From Thermoplasmata archaeon (GTDB lineage Archaea > Thermoplasmatota > Thermoplasmata > Thermoplasmatales > ARK-15): a stretch of 19,641 bases of DNA. How positions within the stretch are numbered: the stretch's first letter is position 1; every line of letters begins with the position of its first letter. The notes below the pieces were generated by a model. The model did no database searches. It saw nothing but the letters and a program-made list of their open reading frames with translations, and was not told where the DNA came from. The stretch is from positions 1 to 19,641 of the forward strand of contig JBAMMA010000015.1 in the NCBI GenBank assembly GCA_039794005.1, in the 5' to 3' direction. Below, piece by piece: positions 8,219 through 16,547 of the stretch. The position numbers were made by a program, and so were the translations under genes.

Positions 8219-8303
8219 GCGGAGGTTACCGAGCCTGGCCAAAGGTGCGAGATTTAGGGTCTCGTTCCGCAGGGATTCGGGAGTTCAAATCTCCCCCTCC
8301 GCA
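8219..8303 (+). tRNA. tRNA-Leu (anticodon UAG), intronless, CCA not encoded
   Basis: Acceptor stem GCGGAGG/CCTCCGC plus discriminator A, anticodon arm CGAGA-TTTAGGG-TCTCG, long variable arm, T-arm GGGAG-TTCAAAT-CTCCC, followed by a T7 run. Confidence 0.97.
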
Positions 8304-8346
8304 TTTTTTTAAAAAAGTTTTTAAAAAATTATTATGATATACCATT

Positions 8347-9156
8347 ATGGAAGAATGGTATGGTGAAAAACAGACTAATGACGTGATGCTATCCTTCAAA
8401 GCGTCTAAATTGCTATATTCCGGAAAATCAAAGTATCAGGATATAAAGATAATAGAGAATGAAACATATGGCAGAATACTACTTTTGGATGGAACAATCC
8501 AGTTGACCGAAAAAGATGAATTTATTTACCATGAGGTATTGGCTCACATCCCATTAATGTCATTAAATGAACCAAAAAAGGTTTTAATAATAGGAGGTGG
8601 GGATGGGGGTCTTGCAAGAGAAGTATTTAAACACAACGTAAAGAATGTTGATTTAGTAGAAATAGATGAAGAAGTGGTCAATCTGTCAAAAAAATATTTG
8701 CCATTCGTATCATCCTCTTTCAAGGATGAGAGATTGAAAGTACATATAGGGGATGGTGCGGAATTCGTTAAAAATAAAAAGGCGAAATATGATGTAATAT
8801 TGATAGATTCAACAGATCCTGTCGGGACTGCATCCGTTTTATTTACCAGTGAATTTTACAAAAACGCAAAAAATCTATTGAAGGTAAATGGAATTCTTGG
8901 TTCACAGACGGGATCCCCGTTCATGTTTCCCGAGCATTTTAAAATGGCCTACGAAAATATGAAAATTCATTTCAAAACAATAAGGGTATATACTGCACCA
9001 ATTCCTACATACCCTGGAACTATTTGGTCATTTACCTTTGCCACCAATGGAGATCTAAAGAGAAAAAGATCGAGAAATTTCAGAACACTCTTTTATAATG
9101 AGGAATATCATGATAACAACATAAATCCTGAATTTTTAAAAGATTTAATTCACTGA
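8347..9156 (+). CDS. speE: Polyamine aminopropyltransferase (spermidine synthase)
   Basis: SKYQDI, LLDGTIQLTEKDEFIYHE, IIGGGDGG, VEID, IDSTDP and PTYPG. Confidence 0.95.
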   Translation: MEEWYGEKQTNDVMLSFKASKLLYSGKSKYQDIKIIENETYGRILLLDGTIQLTEKDEFIYHEVLAHIPLMSLNEPKKVLIIGGGDGGLAREVFKHNVKNVDLVEIDEEVVNLSKKYLPFVSSSFKDERLKVHIGDGAEFVKNKKAKYDVILIDSTDPVGTASVLFTSEFYKNAKNLLKVNGILGSQTGSPFMFPEHFKMAYENMKIHFKTIRVYTAPIPTYPGTIWSFTFATNGDLKRKRSRNFRTLFYNEEYHDNNINPEFLKDLIH

Positions 9157-9524
9157 ATTTTCCAGTATTTCTTTTTATTTTCCAACTGATCTTTATATTT
9201 TGGCCCTAGCTGATATGAAATTATTTCCAGTTCCTTAATATTTGATATAAATTTACTTTTACTATCTGAATTTATCAACTCTTTGAATTTCTTTAATTTT
9301 TTGAAATAATCAATAAAATAGTAAAGGGATATGAAAAAACCAAGAAAGCTGACCCCCAATATCCATGATTTCCAATCACCTGATATATTATTGTAGGATG
9401 AAACAATTGGGGCGGATGAACTTATAAAGATTGCATATATTGATAAAAATATTAACAGGAAAAATATTATCACCAGCAGGAGTGAAATGTGTATTATATA
9501 ATGCCTCCAATTTTTCCAGTTCAT
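9150..9524 (-). CDS. Small two-TM membrane protein, DUF3198-like
   Basis: Two hydrophobic segments followed by a basic tail (FKELINSDSKSKFISNIKELE...LGPKY) recalled from Thermoplasmata DUF3198 proteins. A TATA-like element lies about 21 nt upstream. Confidence 0.6.
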   Translation of the reverse strand: MNWKNWRHYIIHISLLLVIIFFLLIFLSIYAIFISSSAPIVSSYNNISGDWKSWILGVSFLGFFISLYYFIDYFKKLKKFKELINSDSKSKFISNIKELEIISYQLGPKYKDQLENKKKYWKIQ

Positions 9525-9613
9525 GATTGGAAATATATATCATGGATATAATATTTTTTATTATTTTAATTGATTTAATAACTTTTAAATAAGATGATCT
9601 TTAATTTATTCCA

Positions 9614-10282
9614 ATGATCAATCCCGGAATCTTTTTGGGAGCCCTCGGAATAACTTTATTGGAAATTTCTGAGGCTGCCGCAATAACAGTTGCTTTATAT
9701 TCCGTGGGCAGAAATAAGGCCATTTATGGAACATCCCTCGGTGTTTTTATAGTATTTGTCATAACATTCATAATAGGAAATTTAATTTCAAATTTACCCA
9801 TTCTACTGGTTAAGATTGTTTCAGGAGCATTATTGCTTTATTTCGGGATTAGACTGATAAAAAGTGCAAGAAAATCTGTTCTGAGAGAAAGAAATGGTTT
9901 AAAAAGTGAAGAACATTTTGAAAAAGGTGTTTTTTACACAACATTTTCGGTAGGAGTTGTGGAGGCATTTGAAGCTGCAATTGTTCTGGTGGCATTGATA
10001 CCTCACGATTTATATGCATCTCTATTGGGTGTTATTATTGCAATCATAATCATCATTATTGCCGCATACATATTGAGAAATCATATCAGAAAATTAAAGC
10101 AGGCCATTGTGAAAAATATAGTGTCTGCAATTTTATTGTCATTCAGTCTATTTTGGTTTACGGAGTCTGTCAATTTAATAATAAAAAATTCAATTCCCTC
10201 CATATTTCTGATGGATTATATTCTGATTCCATATTTCATTTTATTTTTCCTGATCAGTTATTCAATAGCCTTTAAAAAGTAA
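9614..10282 (+). CDS. COG4280-like membrane protein (FTR1/GDT1-related putative cation permease)
   Basis: Two internal halves, each beginning with an ExxE TM motif (LLEISEAAAI and VVEAFEAAIV), with 6-7 TM segments. TTTTAAAT ends 23 nt upstream. Confidence 0.65.
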   Translation: MINPGIFLGALGITLLEISEAAAITVALYSVGRNKAIYGTSLGVFIVFVITFIIGNLISNLPILLVKIVSGALLLYFGIRLIKSARKSVLRERNGLKSEEHFEKGVFYTTFSVGVVEAFEAAIVLVALIPHDLYASLLGVIIAIIIIIIAAYILRNHIRKLKQAIVKNIVSAILLSFSLFWFTESVNLIIKNSIPSIFLMDYILIPYFILFFLISYSIAFKK

Positions 10283-10432
10283 AAAATATTTTAATTTTTT
10301 TATTTATTAATTAGATAATGAAAAATTAATTTTTTGTATAAAATCGGATGTTGATTTTTGAAAGATCATTAAAGATTCACAAGGAATGATATGAAAAAAT
10401 ATTTTTATACAAGGAATTGATAATATATAAAT

Positions 10433-11938
10433 ATGGAAGAGAAAGAATTATCTCAATATCCATCTGAAATTGAAGAGTTTTTATCTATATCTACAGGAGC
10501 TTCATTAATAATTAAAGGAAACCCCGGTGCAGGTAAAACAACATTGGCCCTACAGATTCTTGAAAAATTGCAGACGAAGTTTAAGATCATATATTTCTCC
10601 ACAAGGGTTGGAGATGCCAGTTTATATTCACAATTCCCATGGCTAAAGAACATGGAGAAGAATCTGAAACTATTGATAGCGTCAAAGATGCTATTACAGG
10701 AACTTTCAAAGGAGCAGGAAACCAAGGAAGAGAAGCCAATTAAGGATTTTGGTAAAAGGTTTCTGCAGGAGGTTACTGGAGAAACAACAAAGCAGGTGTT
10801 CAGAACATACTACAACATGTATTTCAAGAATAATCCTTCACCTGAAGTTAAGAGGGTATACGATGATGTGGAGATGAACCTTCCTCAAAAAACGTTGATC
10901 GTTGTTGACTCAATCGAGGGTATTTCCAATAAATATGGTATTTCGGAGGCAAATTTCATCTATATGATGCAAAAAGATCTTGTTGAGGGTGCCGGTGCAT
11001 CAATAATATTCGTTTCAGAAAAAGAGCATTTAACACCTGAAGATTATGTTGCAGATGGTGTTATTTATGAAATGCATAACATTGAGGATGGTAAAAGGGT
11101 AAGAATAGTCAATTTAAGTAAATTGAGAGGTATTGAAATAAAGCAGCCAAGTTTTGCCTATACATTGCAAAATGGTAGATTCAGGGTGTTTTATCCAGAA
11201 CAGTATATGAAGGAAGAGGTTAAAAAATTTGAATATACCCCAAACACCGAGAAAAGGTACAGGACCGGAATACCGGAATTCGACCAGATGTTATACGGAG
11301 GCCTGGAACCGGGATCATTCTTCACCATAGAGGTGGATAAGAACGTTTCACATGATGAATTTCAATTATTCATAAGACCAATAATGCTCAATTTCCTGTT
11401 AAATAACATTGGAATATTCATGATACCTATAGGCGGATATTCTGTACAAAAATTGAAGGATGATCTGGTAAGGTTTATACCTGAAAATCTGTTTGAGAGC
11501 AAGATAAGGTATATAGACTATTTTGTTGAGGAAACGAGCGCACCATATCATGTTCCCGCCGGAGGAAGCGACTATAATGCAATCAATCAAAGGATATTTA
11601 GAGCAATGCTTGATCTTTCCGGTATGGAAACAAAACCGATGCTCCATTTCATGGGAATGGATACACTTGAATATATAAAGGGTACTGAATCCGCAATAAA
11701 GGAAATTTTCAGCATGTCACAGGCAATCAAATCTTCAAAGGATGTTGGAATTTCAATTGTGAGGGTAGGACAATCATTGAAGGATGAGATCATAAACATA
11801 TCCGATTATTATGTTAAGTTGGTTTCAATAAACAGTGTTCCATTTATAACGGGCATAAAGCCGAGAACCGTATATTATGCGGTAGAGGTGAATAGGGATA
11901 AGGGATTGCCCAATATTAAATTAGTACCAATGCTCTAA
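10433..11938 (+). CDS. GvpD-like / KaiC-like RecA-superfamily ATPase with two domains (second degenerate)
   Basis: The N-domain has Walker A GNPGAGKT, STRVG...QFPWL, Walker B IVVDS, YVADGVI and SKLRG. The second domain starts RYRTGIPEFDQMLYGGLEPGS but its P-loop is replaced by EVDKNVSH. Confidence 0.8.
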   Translation: MEEKELSQYPSEIEEFLSISTGASLIIKGNPGAGKTTLALQILEKLQTKFKIIYFSTRVGDASLYSQFPWLKNMEKNLKLLIASKMLLQELSKEQETKEEKPIKDFGKRFLQEVTGETTKQVFRTYYNMYFKNNPSPEVKRVYDDVEMNLPQKTLIVVDSIEGISNKYGISEANFIYMMQKDLVEGAGASIIFVSEKEHLTPEDYVADGVIYEMHNIEDGKRVRIVNLSKLRGIEIKQPSFAYTLQNGRFRVFYPEQYMKEEVKKFEYTPNTEKRYRTGIPEFDQMLYGGLEPGSFFTIEVDKNVSHDEFQLFIRPIMLNFLLNNIGIFMIPIGGYSVQKLKDDLVRFIPENLFESKIRYIDYFVEETSAPYHVPAGGSDYNAINQRIFRAMLDLSGMETKPMLHFMGMDTLEYIKGTESAIKEIFSMSQAIKSSKDVGISIVRVGQSLKDEIINISDYYVKLVSINSVPFITGIKPRTVYYAVEVNRDKGLPNIKLVPML

Positions 11939-12004
11939 ATTCTTTAAAAAAATTTAAATTATTAATTCTTTTTTTAGTTTAATATTGAACTAGGGGATGG
12001 TTTT

Positions 12005-12811
12005 ATGCCCGATTTATCTGATGCCGGAAGGGAGGAATATAAAAATTCTGAATTCATATTGGAGGCGACCGGCATCGATTTTACTTATTCCAACGGTTAT
12101 AAGGTTTTTGAAAATGTAAATATTCAATTAAAGGAAAATACGTTTGCTGCAATTATAGGGCCATCCGGAATCGGAAAATCAACATTGTTGAGAATATTGG
12201 GAGGATTTTTAAAACCTGATTCCGGGGCCATTTATTTAAAAGGAAAAAGGATTGTAAGGCCAACCTCTGATATAATACTGATACATCAATCGATAGTTAC
12301 CTTTCCCTGGATGACCGCTCTAGAGAATGTCATGATGCCTTTAAAGATAAAAAAAATTCCGAATGAACTGGCTGAAGAAAAGGCCATGAAATATCTGGAA
12401 CTTGTTGGCCTGCAGGGTTTTGAAAATCTATATCCGAAGGAAATGAGCGGTGGGATGAGACAGAGAGTTGCAATTGCAAGGGCATTGGCGGCCGAACCTA
12501 CGGTTTTCCTTATGGATGAACCCTTTGCACATCTGGATGAACTTACGGCAGAGGGTTTAAGGCAGGATATTTACAACATATTATTCAGCCCTGAAACTCC
12601 TCTGAAGGTTGTTGTACTGGTATCACACAATCTAACGGAGGTTGTCGAATTATCAGATGAGATATTTGTTTTAAACAATATACCGGCAACAGTAACGGCA
12701 AATATACCCGTTACGATACCCAGGCCAAGGAATCCCAGATCCGATGAATTCAATCAACTCCTGGATAATTTATACACACATTTAACACCTCCCAGAATAA
12801 AAACCAGGTGA
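12005..12811 (+). CDS. ABC transporter ATP-binding protein, NitT/TauT type
   Basis: Walker A GPSGIGKST, FPWMTALENV, signature MSGGMRQR, Walker B LMDEPF, H-loop VSHN and PRPR tail. Confidence 0.95.
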   Translation: MPDLSDAGREEYKNSEFILEATGIDFTYSNGYKVFENVNIQLKENTFAAIIGPSGIGKSTLLRILGGFLKPDSGAIYLKGKRIVRPTSDIILIHQSIVTFPWMTALENVMMPLKIKKIPNELAEEKAMKYLELVGLQGFENLYPKEMSGGMRQRVAIARALAAEPTVFLMDEPFAHLDELTAEGLRQDIYNILFSPETPLKVVVLVSHNLTEVVELSDEIFVLNNIPATVTANIPVTIPRPRNPRSDEFNQLLDNLYTHLTPPRIKTR

Positions 12812-12815
12812 TGTG

Positions 12816-14441
12816 ATGAACGTTTTCATTTTAATAATACTGGCAGTATTTACAACAACAGGAAGGGTATTCTTACTCATATTGTTGGCCATAGTTACAG
12901 GATGGTTTTTATCTTATGCATCGATTAAAAGCAGGATATTTGAGAAAATATATATACCACTCACGGAAATTTTTGAATCTGTTCCGGTTATTTCATTCTT
13001 TCCCATAGTATTGTTGATATTCATTACCAATATTGGAGGGGAATTGGGTATAGAATTGGCTGTGGATTTTTTGGTTTTCACGGCCGTGGTATGGAATATA
13101 TGGATGGGGGAATACCAGGCCTTTAAAACTGTACCAAATGAAATGGTAGAGGTATCTGAAAATTTAAATATGAATATATGGCAAAAGCTATGGTACGTTT
13201 ATATTCCATTTTCAATACCAAGGGTGGCCGCAAACCTGTTTCCAAGTGTCTCAGATGGATATTTTTACATTACTGTCAGTGAGGTTTTTACGGTGGGAAC
13301 GTTTCAATATCACGCATTCGGTATTGGTTCACTCCTGATGGAATTCTATTCAAAAAATGAATTGCAGTACATATTCTATTCACTCCTGATACAGGGAATC
13401 ACAATAGGTTTTGTGATTGTTTTACTGAGGCAATACAGCAAATATGCTGTTGCAAAATATACACTGGATACGGATGCACCAATAATAAGAAGGGGCAGGA
13501 TAAATGTCAGAACAACAACGAGGATAATATCAACAATTGCAAGAAACCCGGTTTCAAGGCTGGCCGGATATTATAGACAGAGAACATCATATAAAATAAA
13601 GAAGGAGGAATTTGAAAAGGAGGAGAAAAAATACAACATAGGAAAATATTTCATTTATTCAATTAGCATCATTCTGCTAATTTTAATAATTTATGGTTCA
13701 CTCAAATTGATATTCTCCGTGGACAGATCAACATGGATGAAACTTTTTTCCATTACACCGGAAATTCTATTATATATGGCCTTTGATTATGTTAGAGTCT
13801 TAATAATATTGCTGATTTCGGTGATAATGGCCATTTTCATAGGTTATTATCTGGCATTGCATAGGATAATGGAGGCCATTTTCGTCCCAATTATTCAGAT
13901 ATTCAGTTCATTCCCCCCACCACTGTACTTTCCAATAATTTTCGGTATTACTTATCCATTCGTTTACCATTATTTTGGGAATTTTTATACGGAGGTATAT
14001 GTGCTCTTCCTTGGATTTATCAGTACATTCTACTACGTTTTCTATTCATACTGGATCGGTGTAAAGGCATTGCCATCAGAATATTTTGACATAATGAAGA
14101 ATTTGAACATGGGAATATTATCCAGGCTGAGGTACATAATAATACCGGGAACTTTTCCATACCTGATAGCTGGAATAACATCAACCGTAAACAGTGCATG
14201 GGGAGGATTAATGATTGGTGAATATTGGCCATATATCGTGGGGGATAAAAGTCTGGAGGTACAAAACGGTCTGATGAAATTTATAGATGTGAATACATTG
14301 AATGGGAATATTGCATATGCGGCCTGGGCATCATTTATTCTTGCAGTTGTGGTGGCGATCTATTCAATATTCTTCACAAAGAAAATGATGGATCTGGCAA
14401 AGAAAAAGTATGTTGCCGAAGAAGGCATATTTGCCACATAA
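12816..14441 (+). CDS. ABC transporter permease, NitT/TauT type, two fused permease domains
   Basis: Two homologous halves (ESVPVISFFP...YIPFSIP and SSFPPPLYFP...IIPGTFP). A GGTGAT RBS overlaps the upstream stop; the start is ATG 12816 or GTG 12813. Confidence 0.9.
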   Translation: MNVFILIILAVFTTTGRVFLLILLAIVTGWFLSYASIKSRIFEKIYIPLTEIFESVPVISFFPIVLLIFITNIGGELGIELAVDFLVFTAVVWNIWMGEYQAFKTVPNEMVEVSENLNMNIWQKLWYVYIPFSIPRVAANLFPSVSDGYFYITVSEVFTVGTFQYHAFGIGSLLMEFYSKNELQYIFYSLLIQGITIGFVIVLLRQYSKYAVAKYTLDTDAPIIRRGRINVRTTTRIISTIARNPVSRLAGYYRQRTSYKIKKEEFEKEEKKYNIGKYFIYSISIILLILIIYGSLKLIFSVDRSTWMKLFSITPEILLYMAFDYVRVLIILLISVIMAIFIGYYLALHRIMEAIFVPIIQIFSSFPPPLYFPIIFGITYPFVYHYFGNFYTEVYVLFLGFISTFYYVFYSYWIGVKALPSEYFDIMKNLNMGILSRLRYIIIPGTFPYLIAGITSTVNSAWGGLMIGEYWPYIVGDKSLEVQNGLMKFIDVNTLNGNIAYAAWASFILAVVVAIYSIFFTKKMMDLAKKKYVAEEGIFAT

Positions 14442-14479
14442 AAAATTTAATAAGGATAATTACAGTTGGAGGATTATAT

Positions 14480-14968
14480 ATGACTGAAGTTATAGATCCC
14501 AATGCGAGAATAGCAGATCTGGTGGGCCTGTTATATGTGTTAACAAACATATTTAATGGAAAAACGGATTTATATAAGCTCGAAAAGGAAATGGAAGTTG
14601 ATCTTGATGATTTGATGCCCATAGTTTATACTGCGGTCAACCTTGGATTCGTAACACTGGATTCCGGTGACATAAATGTTACTGAAAAGGGAAGGGAATT
14701 TGCAAAGTTGGGTATAAAAAAGAGAAAGGAGATGATAAGAGAATCAATAAAGAATATGGAACCCTTCATTACTGCTTTAAACTTGAAGAGGTTTACGTTG
14801 CAGGATCTGATGGAGGAATTGCTAAAAAAGAACATTTACCAGTATAATTCACCCTCCGGATACCATGACCTTGAGGTCATTTTAATTGAATGGGGAATTT
14901 ATTCAGGGCTGCTGAAAAAGGAAGAGGATCACTTTGTCACCAATACGGGGAAACCTGCAAAAGGGTAA
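14480..14968 (+). CDS. Stand-alone AAA-associated (AAA_assoc_C-like) winged-helix-like protein of the ABC operon
   Basis: IADLVGLL...DLYKLEKEMEVDLDDLMP...LGFV...GDINVTEKGREF...LIEWGIYSGL resembles the C-terminal domain of long NitT/TauT ATPases. GGAGG RBS. Confidence 0.75.
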   Translation: MTEVIDPNARIADLVGLLYVLTNIFNGKTDLYKLEKEMEVDLDDLMPIVYTAVNLGFVTLDSGDINVTEKGREFAKLGIKKRKEMIRESIKNMEPFITALNLKRFTLQDLMEELLKKNIYQYNSPSGYHDLEVILIEWGIYSGLLKKEEDHFVTNTGKPAKG

Positions 14969-16547
14969 AGTTGTTAAGTGAAAATTCTGGATTGATTATA
15001 TACTGATTAAGATCAATGTATTCCTCATCCATCAATAGAAATTTTTCACTGTTGAAATATACGTATTGTTGGGGGCCATAATAAATATATTTACCGGGTG
15101 CTATAAAAGATGTTCTGTTTTTTATGACCATGGGAACAAAGATTACCGGATAACCGGAATAATCTTTCTTCAGGAGAATCATACCGTATGCCTCGGCATA
15201 TATGGAATAATTCCTTAACGATAAAAATTCATTTACCACCTGAAACATTGTCTGATTATATTCGGGAAAATAAACGGAGTAATTATTAAAAAATCTCGAA
15301 TATGGATCGGTTATGATATATTCCGGATATGTCCCGGGATGCATGAAATCCGGTAATATATAATTATATTTTTCACAGAAATTTGGCATATTGTCCTGTA
15401 TTAGGACAGTTGAACCTTCTGGAATCAGTGAGGAGATTTTCCAGAGATATCTATCGTAAACGGTAATGGATATATTTTTTTCCATACCGTAGGAATAGAT
15501 GATATGCGAATTCATGGGACCCCAGGGCATGAGGAAAATGGCAAGGATTACATTTATTATAAATACTATATATATAATTCTCTTAATATTCTCAATCTGA
15601 ACGGTATTTCTTTTTATGAGTATGAACAGGCCGGATGATAGGGAAACGAACAGTATCGGTATATATAAGCTGGGGTACTGGAAAAACATTGGCATTATGT
15701 ATGGGAAATAATTGTTCATGAATGCAAATCCAAGGTAAGGGATTATGAGATATATGTATTTGTAATCCAGGAGAGGTATGAATAACAGGGGCGACAGTAT
15801 AAATATCAAAAACATTACCTTCTGCGTATATGTCGCTGAAATAATCTTTATATAATAATCAATTGAGATATAATTCGTCCAGTAAAACAGATATCCGATA
15901 CCAAAGTAAACGGTAATTATTATGAACAGTATCGTGGAATATATGGCCATGATAATTGAAAACCTCCTGTTCTTCCCTTCGATGAATGTTATTGCAGAAA
16001 ATATTATCACAATGAGTGGAACAAGATAGTCCGTTATATCTGATAATATTAAAAACAGTGCGGACATCCTGTAATTTTCCTTTAAATAAAAATAGAAACC
16101 CGTAAGGAAGAGTGTTGGGAAAAGGGCCATGAAATGGAAATCGAACCAGTTAACACCACCCAGAGGATAGTAAAAGATATATGTAAGGGATATTAACAAT
16201 GCAAGCCTATCATCATTCAGATAATGCCTGGATATTCCGAAGAGCGGAAACATTGCCAGTGGAATATAAAATGATTGAAATATCAATAATATTTTTGGGT
16301 CCGGGTCAATGGAATATAAGAAACCCATGGGTATGTATATCAATTTATTCATCGCTATTGTTGGCTCTCCATTCTGATATAATAAAAATTTTGATTCAAT
16401 TACTGAATAAAGAAGCTGAGAGGAAACACCAAGGTCGAATACGCCGGAATTGAACGCAAGATATCTCATTACAGTTATGATTGACCAGAATGTTCCGTAT
16501 AAAAGATAAAATGAAAACAGTATGTAAATATATTTATTTATTTTCAT
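14937..16547 (-). CDS. DUF2079-like polytopic membrane protein (putative GT-C-fold glycosyltransferase)
   Basis: FDLG after TM1, LLIFQS, NWFDFH and FQY motifs, about 10-11 TM segments and a soluble C-terminal domain. The start is probably ATG 16547 (the ORF track gives 16556). Confidence 0.7.
   Translation of the reverse strand: MKINKYIYILFSFYLLYGTFWSIITVMRYLAFNSGVFDLGVSSQLLYSVIESKFLLYQNGEPTIAMNKLIYIPMGFLYSIDPDPKILLIFQSFYIPLAMFPLFGISRHYLNDDRLALLISLTYIFYYPLGGVNWFDFHFMALFPTLFLTGFYFYLKENYRMSALFLILSDITDYLVPLIVIIFSAITFIEGKNRRFSIIMAIYSTILFIIITVYFGIGYLFYWTNYISIDYYIKIISATYTQKVMFLIFILSPLLFIPLLDYKYIYLIIPYLGFAFMNNYFPYIMPMFFQYPSLYIPILFVSLSSGLFILIKRNTVQIENIKRIIYIVFIINVILAIFLMPWGPMNSHIIYSYGMEKNISITVYDRYLWKISSLIPEGSTVLIQDNMPNFCEKYNYILPDFMHPGTYPEYIITDPYSRFFNNYSVYFPEYNQTMFQVVNEFLSLRNYSIYAEAYGMILLKKDYSGYPVIFVPMVIKNRTSFIAPGKYIYYGPQQYVYFNSEKFLLMDEEYIDLNQYIINPEFSLNNFTLLQVSPYW

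Noticed and set aside
8304-8328. T-run/A-run palindromes after the tRNA
   Set aside because: Low complexity, and explained by the tRNA terminator plus the speE TATA box.
8219-8346. tRNA-Leu as an integration site for an island
   Set aside because: No duplicate of the tRNA 3' end and no site-specific integrase were seen, and the flanking genes look like housekeeping genes.
10283-10432. Longest intergenic gap as a possible ncRNA or CRISPR remnant
   Set aside because: Very AT-rich, with no stable GC stem, no repeat-spacer pattern and no convincing C/D box pair.
10433-11938. Calling this a gas vesicle locus or circadian kaiC
   Set aside because: There are no gvpA/gvpE or kaiA/kaiB genes in the window, and the second domain lacks a P-loop and the KaiC ST phosphosite context.
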